Origin: Eukaryota sp. TZLM1-RC
Taxonomy: Eukaryota > Protista > Metamonada: BaSk clade
Direction: 5' to 3'
Assembly (NCBI GenBank): GCA_040285825.1
Contig: JAUPSS010000002.1
Coordinates: forward strand, 930,001-994,000
Length of the DNA stretch: 64,000 bases
Positions within the stretch are counted from its first letter, which is position 1. Each line of letters opens with the position of its first letter. Below, piece after piece: positions 1-10,992 of the stretch. The notes under the pieces were generated by a model. It searched no databases. It saw nothing but the letters and a program-made list of their open reading frames with translations, and was not told the origin of the DNA. The position numbers and the translations under genes were made by a program.

Positions 1-290
1 GTTCGCCATGTGGATCACCAATTTGCCCATTTGCTACATCGTTGTATGGACGGCATGGAAAAACCGCCATGAATTTCATTGATGATCTGGTAAAAAGAAG
101 AATGAATAAGCGTTTTGATCGTCGTTTGTGGTTGAATTGTGTTGTTCTTACTGTTTTTAAAGCAATTCCTCAAATGATTTCGAAAGCTCTGATGTATGTC
201 AATGCTCATTACGAAGACATTGTTGTTGTAGGCATTGATGGTGTGGAAGCTTGTTTTGAAGATATTGATTTTTAGTTTGTATTTTTGAAA
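1..290 (+). mobile_element. 3' tail of RLE-type (CRE-like) non-LTR retrotransposon, cut by the window start
   Basis: PFATSLYGRHGKTAMNFIDD resembles the post-endonuclease motif of CRE-like elements. The C-terminus (KAIPQMISKAL...EACFEDIDF*) is homologous to the tail of the element at 50205-51597 (KAIPEMLTKAL...DACIEDIEF*). Confidence 0.7.
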
Positions 291-489
291 ATAGATCTTC
301 TGTGCTTAAAATTGTAATGCTCGGATGTTGTACAAATTATTTTAAGATTGCAAAAATAAATACAAAATGTACAATTACAGTGCAAAAAAATTAAGTGCAA
401 AAGTTTTGAAAAATCTTGATTCATTTCATCCACATCCTCCAGTAATCTCAACGAATTACTACTATTTGACATTAGTGTGCTCTTAGCCG

Positions 490-1249
490 ATGTCCACGAC
501 ACCTTTCGAATACCCTCCAGATTTTGATATTAATAACTGGATTACTCAGCTTGACAGTGTTCACGTTTCACAAGAAGATATTGATAATCTAGTTATGGAC
601 TATCTAGTTGTTGAAGGTTATAAAGAAACAGCTGAAGCATTTGCAACTGAAATTGGTCTGTCTTCTTCTATGGAACCTTCCTTAATTGCTGAAAGGATGC
701 AAGTACGGTCTGCCATTATTAATGGAGATATCCTCAAAGCCACTGATGCAATTAATGATATCGATGTTGAAATACTTGAGAAGGAGTGTGTTTGGATCAT
801 GACAACGTTCTAATCCCAGCAAAAAGCTATTTTTTGGTCTACAAATTCAGCATTTAATTGAACTGGTCAAGTTGGGAAAGATCGAAGATGCGCTGCATTA
901 TGCACAGCAAGAGGTAGCTGTTCACTATTTTGATCCTGAATACCAGTTTGATTCCTTCCTCCCCACTTTGGAAGAAGTAATGACCCTTCTAATGTTTGAA
1001 GATCCGACGACTTCCCCTCTTGCACCACTTCTAGATAACTCTAAGAGGTTACAAGTTGCTTCAGATGTCAATTCATCAATATTATCAGTTTTCTCTCAGT
1101 CTACTAAACCCAAGCTCTACACACTTCTCGAAGCCCTCTCCTCCCTGCAAGAAAAGCAGATGGGGAGAAAAGATTTTCCAAAGATAACTGCTGATAGTGT
1201 GGTTAATTTTTTGAAACAATCTAAGTCTGAAACAGAAGCAATGAATTGA
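490..1249 (+). CDS. GID8: CTLH/GID complex subunit GID8/TWA1 (LisH-CTLH-CRA); exons 490-785 and 820-1249
   Basis: LisH motif DIDNLVMDYLVVEGYKETAEAF. Removing intron 786-819 joins EILEKD to KKLFFGLQIQHLIELVKLGKIEDAL in frame. CRA motif RLQVASDVNSSIL. Confidence 0.88.
786..819 (+). other. 34-nt spliceosomal intron in GID8
   Basis: GTGTGT...TTCTAATCCCAG; it contains the in-frame stop, and its removal restores the conserved CTLH frame. Confidence 0.8.
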
Positions 1250-1401
1250 CTATAAGAATTTGTGTACATAAAGAACAATTTTCCCTACAATGGTTTATTA
1301 CAATAGTTTATTAAACACAAATTGCGCAGGCTAATACAATTCTTAGAAAATAAAAGTATCCGACAAAAACTTCTTAATAATTAATAATCCAAAATAAATA
1401 C

Positions 1402-3531
1402 TTACATCTTGATCAAATCAACCATTAAATTCCGTAATTCAAACATTGATGTAGTGTCTGATTCATTATTCACAACATTCAACAATAATGTAGCTATTGA
1501 TCTTACCCTATCCTCTTTACTATCTATCCTGAGCAATTCTTCATCTTTAGCAATTCCAACCTGCCCCTTGAATGTTTCCTTCAACCATTCAACAGACCAT
1601 TCTTCCTTAACAGAAGGCTTTGGAACGGAAGGAGGAGGAGATGGTGAATCATCAGTGACTGGCTTTCCAGAAAGATATGAAATCATGTCCTCAACACCAT
1701 TCACTTTTGGCAAACATCGATAATAAGCTAAGGCACTGTCGATCCTGTCTTTATGATCAATTACTTCAGTTAGTGGATATTCGCCAAGCCTTGAAAGGTC
1801 AAAAATAGAGGCAAAAGGGCCACAATACACAGCAGATTCGTCACAATTGTAGCGTTGAATATGCCTCGAAAAGAACATTCTCCCTCCATGATCATCCAAG
1901 TTACACACAGTGGAAGGAACCGTAGCTGCAACTCCATAAGGATAAGGCTTCTCTTTCTTTACTTTTTTGGGAGTTTTCACCTCCTTTTTCTTTATTTTGC
2001 TTGGTGTTGTGGTTGTGGGAACTGGTGAAGGGTAGGCAGGTGGAGGATTAGCAACAGATACAGCAACAGACTGTTCTGAATCAGCAAATATGTGAGGGTA
2101 TTTGTGTAAATCACCAGTCTTTTGTGCTTCTTGAAGGAAAAGTTTTGAAACAAGGGGAGAAAGATTAGTCGCCGTAATGTGGAATAGTGACGAAGGATCA
2201 GTAAACTGAATTGCGTTTTTAAACATTTGATCAATTTCTAATTTAAAATCAACAAGAGATTTAAACCGTTGAGAATCAATATCATTTCTCAAAGTATTAT
2301 AATCTATTGGCTTCTTCACATTATCTGGAGGTCTAGCAAATACTAAATTAGTGTCTTCATTCTCGAGGGTGGATAATATCTGCCTTAACCGGGTCTGTAA
2401 CTGTCTCATAGAAGCAGAAGGAACGGTGGTGAGGATCTGGTCAGGAGGGAGTGAACGGCGAGATTTCTTGGCAGGTCGTTCTTTTTCCATAGAGTCTAGT
2501 CTTTTCCTTGTTTTTTGCGGTGGAATTACGACCCTATGACGTGAGAGCTTCGTCCACAAGTCTAATCCATCAAACAAAAAGTTTCTGGCCATGTTGAAAA
2601 TTTCAGAATTAGGCTGGTTGTACCTGAATGCATTCATAGCAATAAGAACAATATCAGACCGCACCTCACCTAATGTCAAGTATTCATCCTCTTCTGCTTT
2701 CTTTTTCATTGTTGAAATGTCCATTGGTTGAGGTACATAACTAAGGTAGTCTGGGTAATCGTGAATGGGAACGGGGTGAGTAAATATAGACCAATAATCA
2801 ATAGTGATTAGTTCGTTGCAAAGGTTAAAAACCCAATCAATCATTTTGATTGGTTCAGAAAGTAGAAGCCGAGCTTGACTTTCTTCTTCAGTCAATCCCC
2901 TGATTTGAGTTCTCTCCATTTCGACTTCTATCAGTGACCGCCCGTAATCACTCAAGTCTTTTGCTGTTTGGTAGAATAGAGTACTTGGTGCATTAAACTT
3001 CAAAGCATTGTTAACCATTAGCTCAAAATCAATTAAAAAAGATTGAACTGTGGTGTACTCTCCTCTTCTTACCTTTTCCCTCATTGTACGAAGATCCATT
3101 GGTTTACGAATGATTCTGTAATAAGAGGGAACTTCTGCCTTGGAGACTGGTTGTAGAAACATTGCGAGCTGATCAGCTCGTTCTAGTTTAGAAAGTAGTT
3201 CTTCAAGGAGGTCATCCAGAGGTAGGGAGCGAGGGTGAAACCTAAGTTGTTCAATGTCTGGGAATGCCTTGCGTGGGGCAGACTTGGAAACTTTGGGTGG
3301 GGGAGGAGAGGCAAGGGGGTCAGAAAGATCGTCATCAAGATTCTTTAAAGAACTAACAGCTTGAGCAGCTCGTTGGGCAGCAGAACGCTTTTGTCGACTT
3401 GAAGTAGAAGAACGAGATGAAGAGGCCGAAGGAGTACGAGTAGAATGACGCGGGGTGAAGGTGGAATCATCTTTTTCTGTTGTAGAGCGTTTTTTCTTTG
3501 AAAGTTTTAGTTTAAGGGAAGGTTTATCCAT
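1402..3531 (-). CDS. Protein with three tandem bromodomains and a BRD7/BRD9-like C-terminal patch
   Basis: Three repeats of the F..PV...P.Y...I..PMD...NA..FN pattern (the third is degenerate); YCGPFASIFD patch near the C-terminus. Confidence 0.85.
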   Translation of the reverse strand: MDKPSLKLKLSKKKRSTTEKDDSTFTPRHSTRTPSASSSRSSTSSRQKRSAAQRAAQAVSSLKNLDDDLSDPLASPPPPKVSKSAPRKAFPDIEQLRFHPRSLPLDDLLEELLSKLERADQLAMFLQPVSKAEVPSYYRIIRKPMDLRTMREKVRRGEYTTVQSFLIDFELMVNNALKFNAPSTLFYQTAKDLSDYGRSLIEVEMERTQIRGLTEEESQARLLLSEPIKMIDWVFNLCNELITIDYWSIFTHPVPIHDYPDYLSYVPQPMDISTMKKKAEEDEYLTLGEVRSDIVLIAMNAFRYNQPNSEIFNMARNFLFDGLDLWTKLSRHRVVIPPQKTRKRLDSMEKERPAKKSRRSLPPDQILTTVPSASMRQLQTRLRQILSTLENEDTNLVFARPPDNVKKPIDYNTLRNDIDSQRFKSLVDFKLEIDQMFKNAIQFTDPSSLFHITATNLSPLVSKLFLQEAQKTGDLHKYPHIFADSEQSVAVSVANPPPAYPSPVPTTTTPSKIKKKEVKTPKKVKKEKPYPYGVAATVPSTVCNLDDHGGRMFFSRHIQRYNCDESAVYCGPFASIFDLSRLGEYPLTEVIDHKDRIDSALAYYRCLPKVNGVEDMISYLSGKPVTDDSPSPPPSVPKPSVKEEWSVEWLKETFKGQVGIAKDEELLRIDSKEDRVRSIATLLLNVVNNESDTTSMFELRNLMVDLIKM

Positions 3532-5099
3532 TTGACCAAAAATGCACTAGAGAACAAGAGAGTAAGTGGGGATGTACTCAGACGAACTTAAAGAATGGAA
3601 TAGATCACTTGATGTCCAAACCTTTAATGTAAGAGGAAATCCAATAACTCAAATACAGTGACAATCAAATATCCTTAATGTTTGTACATTCTAACTTGTT
3701 ACGATCGATATCTTGTCCTTTCTATTGTATTCTTCTCTACAGAAATCAGACTAGCCATCGCAACAAAGTTTGGCATCTCACAATCTGATTCTTCTCTCTC
3801 ATACATGGACTAGGATTCTCAACATCAAGAAATACAGTTACTGGGTTATAACAAGTTGTTCACTTTGAAGATGTTTTTCCAACAACTCTCCTGATTAATC
3901 GATGATGCTTTAAATTCGTTGTCTTATTCCCACCTCACCCCTTATGTTTACTAATGTTGATGTATTAGATTCACAAGCTTTTGGACATGTTGAATTAACC
4001 AATTCTAACAATCCCAATTCTAACTAACAATAACATCAATCAAGCTTCCAAAGCTTGGGTAAGGCTTTCAACTCCGTTTGTCACCAAACATCAGGATAGT
4101 GCTTTCTTGCTTCGACTGCTTCTCAGTTTATTCTAATCACCACTGTGAAATAAAATCTTTTTCAATTTTCTGAATTTTTGGTGAACTCTCGATACCCTTG
4201 ACCACTCCAATTCTGTTAATCTCAGCCATTCATATTGTTTATCTCTTTTTAGTTGGTCTTCTGCATTAAGTTTGAATCTTTTTTACTACAACAATAAACT
4301 AAATCTCTTTTACCAGGGTCAATATGTACTATATGTTTTGATGATAGACATTCAACATCCAAATCATCCAAATTGTTTTCAGTGGTTGCATAATTTGCAC
4401 TATCACGCTCGAATGACATGCCAATACAATCCTCTCTTGCTAGCTCAATACAGGCTGCAAAACCATCAGTTTTAAAGTCGTTGTTAAATTTATATCCTTT
4501 TTAGTAAATGGTCTATTAAATTCAAATAAATATGACCAAAATAAAATTTGTTCTACTGGACTCATACGTTGAATGTCAGCTATTGAATTCCACTCCGAAT
4601 TATTTTTTTCTCAGTAATTTGATCATCTGTAAGACAGATCGTCAAACAAACCAGAGACCTTGGCTTTCAACTTCAAAAAATCCAGGCCTCTCATGTCGAG
4701 CAATTGGGATGGCATTAAGCGTTTGTCCTATCACATTATCAATTTTTATTGCAGTTTTAGTAAATCATTGAGGATGATATTGTACAGTGGAAAGTTACCA
4801 ATTCAGAAAGTTAACTACAACATTTGCTTCCTCATCTTTTGAATTTTTAAAAATAATGAATCTTGAAAAAAATTGAGTATTATAAAATAAGATACGAATT
4901 CCGAAAGAAGTGCAGTTTGGAATAATAATTTTACCCTTATGAATTCAGATTTTTCCATTTTCTTGATTCAAGAATTCATCACTAGAATGTTTGATAAAAT
5001 TGTAAATTTGCTTATCATTAGTAGCAAAAAGATTATTAAGTAGTTTTTAAGTAGTTTTCTTATGATTAAGATACAATACCTAGAAATATTTTTAACCTT

Positions 5100-5200
5100 T
5101 CATGTCTGTCAGTGCACATTACGAAGACATTGATGTTGTTCGGTTTGATGGTTTGGAAGCTTGTTTTGAAGTTATTGAGTTTTAGATTGCATTTGTAAAA
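5100..5200 (+). mobile_element. Short 3'-terminal fragment of the CRE-like family seen at 1-290
   Basis: CATTACGAAGACATTG...GGAAGCTTGTTTTGAAG...TTTTAG aligns with about 192-290. Confidence 0.7.
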
Positions 5201-5424
5201 ATTAATTTAGTATCTAAGGAAAATTATTTATCATTTTGCAGTATTATTTCGACAATTTACTTCTCAATGCTGTTGTAGTATCGTCACAATGTTTGAATGA
5301 AGCTCGAGATTTCTCGGAAATGGTTGTTCTATATTGTCTTTTCAATGGAGTATATTTTAAAGGAATAACTCATTTATAATCATTTATCAAAAAATCTACA
5401 AAGTCACAAGACTAAAAACGTCAT

Positions 5425-8400
5425 TTAATCCAAGATTGACAAAACGGAACCACTAGACAAAACCTTTAACAAATCTGAATCTGAAAGAACAAATCGGTCC
5501 CTTGGAAGAATTCTTAAATCATGAGCATTTAATAGAGGTTGTAGGGAAGCTCGCTGTGAAAGTTTATTTAAAACTTGATTAGCTTTTACATAACCCATAT
5601 CAGAAAGTTCTTGGGCAAAAAATCTGGCATCAATTAAATTTTCAAACTTAAAACTTAACTTCATTGCAGAAATATAAGCTAAAAGTTTATGGTTATCATC
5701 CAAGTTGGTTTTAGCAAATATAATCGCCAACTCCAGGATTTTTGTAATTCCAAAGGACTCTGAAACAGATCCCATCACAGACCGTCGTTCTAATTCAGCT
5801 GAAATAGCAATAAAATAATTGATAAATTCAGTTTTAATCTCACTATCAGGAATAACTGAACAGCATTTAAAACCTTGTAAGAATAACTCCCTTGAAAATT
5901 CCAATTGAGAACCTTGAGTGACAAGATCTTTTCCTTTAACTAATAAATTAGACAGTTTTTGGTTAATATTAGATTTCAAAACAGTTACAGAAAGTGGAAC
6001 TTCAAAATTGAGAGCAGGAAGATTTCCAATAGATAATTTAAAAAAACCAAAAGTACCAATTCCCGAAATAAACGATTTTAATTCTTCTAAATCCTTTAAA
6101 ATTGGAGATAAATGTTGAGCAGCAATAGAAATTCCCTTATCACTACCAGAGTAAGCAGCCAAAGGTCCACCAATTTCTTCAAATCTGACCAATTTTGACC
6201 CGCCAACACGTGGAATTTGAGCTGGTGACGTCACGGAAGGGGGAGGTAGCTCCAACTCTAAATCAGAAAGATCAGATTCCCATGCACTGGGACCTAGAGC
6301 TTCTGGTTTTGGTTCTTCAAATTCAAATTCCAAGTCCCAAGCACCAGTAGTTTGGGGTTGTAACTTTGTAATTTCTTTAGCAAGAACAGGTTTTGGAGGA
6401 ACACCATCAAAAATATTGAGAGAAATCCCTAACCTAGGCCAATCAGAACACGTGTCTATTGATGTGACTTTCTCGAGAGGTCTACAGAACTGATTAGATG
6501 ATTGATTTTGCTCAAAATGATCGGCTAACTTCTCAAATCCTAATGAATTTAGTAACTTTGTCATGTTGTCTACATTGGGAGACAAAAGACTAGTAAATAA
6601 AGCTGCATCTGAAAGTTCTTTAGCATCATCAGATTGATCAGAAATTGAATCAACAGCAGAATCAATCAAATTTGATTGAATTGAATTAATTCTATCGTAA
6701 TCACCACAAAGAGAGCTCAAAAAAGCACTCTTGACAGCTGATTTTGCTTCTTTACGTTCATCTTTTTCCAGTAATTCAAAAGCGGTACTTATCTGGCCAA
6801 ATTTAATAGCTGAATTTGTAACTAAATCCAAATCAAAAATACTCTTTTCTACACACTTGGCTGCCACTTTTAACTGACCACAATTAAGAGAAGTCCTTAG
6901 AATTCTTGACAAAATTGATTGACCTAAATTCTCTGGTAATTCAGGGTTATTGACATCAAAAGGTTTGGTTTGAGAAGAGAATTGAATCAAAATACTGGCC
7001 AGAGCAACTCCAGAAAGTCCCAAATTTTCCAACCTATCAGCAAGAGAAGTTAAAGGTAAATCACTTCGTTCTGATAAAGGACTGCTGGCAATGAGTGATG
7101 CAAGGTAACCTGCTTCTACAGGATTAGAAGAATAGTCAACAGACAGACTCTTGACAGCTAAAGATCCCACTTGCGAGATAAGTGGCAATAACAAATCAAT
7201 TTCCTGAGAAATTAAACCAGATTCCGCAGCCAAAAGTAAAGAAATTCTATTATTCAGAGTCATATAACCAACAGGAGCCGATTCTGCAGCTTCGGGAGCA
7301 ACCAAGACCCCACAATCTCCATTTGGAAGAAGGAATTTGACTTGGCGGTGAGAAGAATACACAAAGACGTCACCAATAGGCTCATTAATTCCACTTATTA
7401 ATAAGGGAATCCACACAGCGGTCGACGTGTGGATAGAGATCCATTCAAAATTAAATGCCACCCTATAAAATGATTGGGAATTAAATTCAACAATAGAAAC
7501 ACCATGTCTAGCACATAAAGAAACCTTGGAGTGATCTTGGTTCCAAAAGGCATCACGAACATTAGATGCAGAAACTTCACCAACTAGAGAGCAAGAAATA
7601 ACTTCAGCAGTGGTTTTAATTCTAAACAACCGAACTGAATCATTAAAAGCAAGAAGGAAATGTCCCTGAGGAGCATTCAATAACTTAGCCTCAGCCAAGC
7701 TCCCAAAACCTGATTCTGGAGGAGATAAATCGACAATTTCCTTATTAGAAACATCAATTAAACTCAATTTACAATCAGATAAAGCGACTAACCGGTCTCT
7801 TGAAGTCCATTTACCATTACCAAAAGTAATTGGATAAACACGACTAGACCTATTATTGCCGACTTCTTCAACAGAAAAGTGAAATGAACCATCCCTTTTG
7901 CGAAGGGAAACCATCACGTATTGGCCACGTGGCGAGGGTTCAATACTCGAGATATCACAGTCAGATGGACAAGATTTTGCAAGAAATCCATCACAAAGAG
8001 AACCAAGAGAACCATCATCAAGTTTAGTCAAAGCCAAATTCTCCTCATCCAAATAACAGATTCCATTAAAATAAGGGAAATAAGAAGCAGCAACTCTTGA
8101 TCTTCTTAACCTAAACACTATAAAGCCCTTGTCATGACCAGCAGCTATCAAACCATGTCTAATTGAACCAGATAAAGACCAAAACCTTGTGCCAGTAACA
8201 CTGGACTGAGTTTGAGGGGAAGGTTCAAATTTGTAGGCCAATAAACAGGATCTTTCTGCCCAATTCCAGACCCTTAATGACCGATCCTCAGAGTTGGATA
8301 ACAATAATGCTGGGTTTGAAGGGTGGAATTGAACGGCTGAAATGTTATTAGAATGTCCACGTAAGCACCCCATTTGAAACACGTGATCACTTTCCAATTT

Positions 8401-9144
8401 CCATATTCTAAGAGTTTTATCATCACCACCGGAAACAATCACGTCATCAGTTGGATGCCAAGCCACGGCATTAACTCCAAGTTCATGCCCTTCTAATAAA
8501 AATTTAATAGAGGTACCATAAACAGAAAGAAAGCCTCCTTCTCTATCACTTACTGCAGAAATAGGTCCATAACTTTTGCTTGCAGTGGGAGAGGTTTGGC
8601 GGTCCAGCAAATGGCTTATATCCCAGATACGAATGGTCGCGTCTAAGGAAGCTGAAGCAACAAGTGGTTTGGATGGATGAAAAGCTGCTGACATGACGTA
8701 GTGAGAATGGCCTTGGAGAACAGCAACAGTTTTTCTGCTCTGGAAGTTGAAAATGCGAACAGTTTGGTCGTCTGAAGCAGAGAGTAACCATGGTTGTGTA
8801 CGATGGAACTGAAGGTATCGGATGTAGTCACTGTGTTTGGTAATGGTGGCGAAACAAGATCGAGTGTGTAGATTCCATAATCGGATGGTTTTGTCGTCTC
8901 CCCCAGAAGCAAAAAGGGGTTGATCGGGGTGAAAAGCAATACCTCTGACTGGACCTTCATGACCATGAAATTGATCCAACAGAGTACCTGCACGGAAATC
9001 CCAAAGCTGAATAGTACCATTGTGAAGAGAAGAAAGTACCCAAGGAAGAGTAGAATGAAAGGCTACACCTTTGACACGAGAAGAAGTAGTTTCAAATGCA
9101 ACACGAACCCGACAATTACGCTCATCAGGAGAGGTTGGTGACAT
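5425..9144 (-). CDS. COPA: Coatomer subunit alpha (alpha-COP), divergent
   Basis: N-terminal FETTSSRVKGVAFH...LSSLHNGTIQLWD and following WD40 repeats, acidic W-D linker and C-terminal helical domain; first ATG at 9144. Confidence 0.93.
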   Translation of the reverse strand: MSPTSPDERNCRVRVAFETTSSRVKGVAFHSTLPWVLSSLHNGTIQLWDFRAGTLLDQFHGHEGPVRGIAFHPDQPLFASGGDDKTIRLWNLHTRSCFATITKHSDYIRYLQFHRTQPWLLSASDDQTVRIFNFQSRKTVAVLQGHSHYVMSAAFHPSKPLVASASLDATIRIWDISHLLDRQTSPTASKSYGPISAVSDREGGFLSVYGTSIKFLLEGHELGVNAVAWHPTDDVIVSGGDDKTLRIWKLESDHVFQMGCLRGHSNNISAVQFHPSNPALLLSNSEDRSLRVWNWAERSCLLAYKFEPSPQTQSSVTGTRFWSLSGSIRHGLIAAGHDKGFIVFRLRRSRVAASYFPYFNGICYLDEENLALTKLDDGSLGSLCDGFLAKSCPSDCDISSIEPSPRGQYVMVSLRKRDGSFHFSVEEVGNNRSSRVYPITFGNGKWTSRDRLVALSDCKLSLIDVSNKEIVDLSPPESGFGSLAEAKLLNAPQGHFLLAFNDSVRLFRIKTTAEVISCSLVGEVSASNVRDAFWNQDHSKVSLCARHGVSIVEFNSQSFYRVAFNFEWISIHTSTAVWIPLLISGINEPIGDVFVYSSHRQVKFLLPNGDCGVLVAPEAAESAPVGYMTLNNRISLLLAAESGLISQEIDLLLPLISQVGSLAVKSLSVDYSSNPVEAGYLASLIASSPLSERSDLPLTSLADRLENLGLSGVALASILIQFSSQTKPFDVNNPELPENLGQSILSRILRTSLNCGQLKVAAKCVEKSIFDLDLVTNSAIKFGQISTAFELLEKDERKEAKSAVKSAFLSSLCGDYDRINSIQSNLIDSAVDSISDQSDDAKELSDAALFTSLLSPNVDNMTKLLNSLGFEKLADHFEQNQSSNQFCRPLEKVTSIDTCSDWPRLGISLNIFDGVPPKPVLAKEITKLQPQTTGAWDLEFEFEEPKPEALGPSAWESDLSDLELELPPPSVTSPAQIPRVGGSKLVRFEEIGGPLAAYSGSDKGISIAAQHLSPILKDLEELKSFISGIGTFGFFKLSIGNLPALNFEVPLSVTVLKSNINQKLSNLLVKGKDLVTQGSQLEFSRELFLQGFKCCSVIPDSEIKTEFINYFIAISAELERRSVMGSVSESFGITKILELAIIFAKTNLDDNHKLLAYISAMKLSFKFENLIDARFFAQELSDMGYVKANQVLNKLSQRASLQPLLNAHDLRILPRDRFVLSDSDLLKVLSSGSVLSILD

Positions 9145-9473
9145 GTTTAGTAAAGAGATTTTTATCAAAAACAATAGTTAGATTTTATCGCAGAAATCAA
9201 TCAAATAGTGGATTTATAAGGTTGATTTACACAATCTTCTTTTGATTAAAATAATGAATGTTTGTGCTGTTATTCATTTCTTGATGAATGTTCTAAATGT
9301 AGTGAAGGTTCATGAATGCAAGAATTCTAGGTTAATCAATACCCAAGTGTCAAATCCAAATACATTGCAAGTAAATCTAATGTTAAATAAAATCGATGAG
9401 GACGATTTCTAGGACAGATTCAAAAGACAAAGGAAGTTAAAACTGATTCTTCACTTTCGTTTGCACGAAAATA

Positions 9474-10375
9474 TATATGCAGCTCGGCTGTTTTAAATCA
9501 AGATCTTCACTCATTGTTATTGGAAAAGGGTGTTTGTGAAAACAAGTCATCAGATTCTTCACTTTTTGTAACCATTGTACCACGAAGATTTGGATTGTGT
9601 GCCACTAATGAAGCATTTGTAACAAAAATGAGATTATATTTGAGAATCCCCATTAATCAATTATTATCAAAGGAAAAATGTATTTGTTCAAATTCACCTC
9701 AACTCACTTTGCGCCATGCTCTGAATTGCTCTAAATTGATAACTTATCGTTCTTCATTACATGATGCTGTTAGAGACACTGTTTTCAATATGGCACAAAC
9801 TGCAAGAATATCGTGTATCAAAGAGCCTCTGCTGAAGGAAACACTTTCTCTGAATAATTTTGGTTCTGATGATAGAGGTGATGTATACTGTGATTGGATT
9901 GATAATTCTGAAGCTATTGTTGACTTTGTCTCATGTAATGTTGCAAATGATACTTTGGTTCACAGAAGAAAACTTAATCCTGTGACTGCTCTTGATTTTA
10001 AAGCAAAAGAGAAACATAGAAAATATGATAAAGATATTGAAGAGGCTAATGCCGATAGAAATACACAGCTGGTTTTTATTGCTTTCCCGTTTTCGATAAA
10101 TGGAAAATTATCAGATGAAGCAGAAACTTTTTTTGAATGACTTCCAAAAAATGGTGCAAGAAAAAACAATGAAAAAATTTGATATTTTTTTATGGCGTCC
10201 ACGGATTCAATTTGCCATTATTAATAGATTACCTCGGTTTTTCAATCGAATAAGAGAAGCTTTAGCTAGACAGCAAGCAGATCAAAATTTTGTAGAGGAA
10301 ATCTTGGTTCAATGATAGTCGTCCCATTAGTTATGAGTTAATTTAATTAAGTGTGCAAATTTAATAAATGTTCAT
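9474..10375 (+). mobile_element. RLE-type (CRE-like) non-LTR element, family A; about 900 bp with zinc knuckle and endonuclease only, frameshift near 10135
   Basis: CxC...HALNC, HDAVRD, RGD...VD...KEKHRKY, FPFSINGKL motifs; near-identical to the reverse complement of 26210-27115. Confidence 0.85.
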
Positions 10376-10750
10376 TATTGTGAATTTCTATCAAAACGCA
10401 CTTCTGGCTTTTCACCAAATCATGCAATCTTGATAGAAAAGCTGAAATAATTTATAATAAAAAAAGTAAATGATCACTAAAGAAGAAACAGTATATTTAT
10501 ACTTATATTCAAAATCCAAATAGATATTTAAAACCAACCTAAATATCACAGGATGAACATGAATACAAAGTGCTATTTACACAAAACTAGAAAAGACAAA
10601 AAAGAAAAACAAAGTAAGACTTAGTTTGTCTTCCTTCTTCTACCTCTAGAAGAAGAACGTTTTCTAGACTTGATTGATTGGGTTTGTGCTTCAGGATTTG
10701 GATTTTTGATGACTTTGGGTCTTCCTCGGCCTCGTTTTTTGACTGGTTGC
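10376..10750 (-). repeat. Inverted, internally deleted duplicate of 18087-18562 (3' end and downstream region of the FHA-like/AT-hook gene)
   Basis: The reverse complement aligns at high identity; about 100 bp are missing between two CTAG microhomologies. Confidence 0.9.
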
Positions 10751-10803
10751 ATAAATATTGTCAAAATTAATAGGATGCAAATCGTCCCTGATTCCTAACT
10801 AAG

Positions 10804-10992
10804 TGTTAGTCTTTACACTATTCTAGAGTGTAGTTAGACTTATCTATATATTCTTGTATATTAGCTTAATGTTTATTGTTCTGTCATGGAGACTTCACTA
10901 GTGATGGTATTGAAATTCACTATAACTCATTTCCCGTCATAATAAATTATTCTCTCTCTGTTCATATGTCTGATTCTAGCCCACAGGCATCA
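10804..10992 (+). repeat. 5' LTR of element 1
   Basis: Direct repeat of 14280-14468. Confidence 0.95.

Noticed and set aside
3600-5090. Possible eroded gene between the bromodomain gene and COPA
   Set aside because: Only short ORFs and no recognisable motif, so no call can be supported.
5340-5470. alpha-COP apparently lacking its terminal Cys-rich segment, suggesting a hidden 3' intron
   Set aside because: The candidate GT-AG removal gives no convincing continuation; needs RNA-seq.
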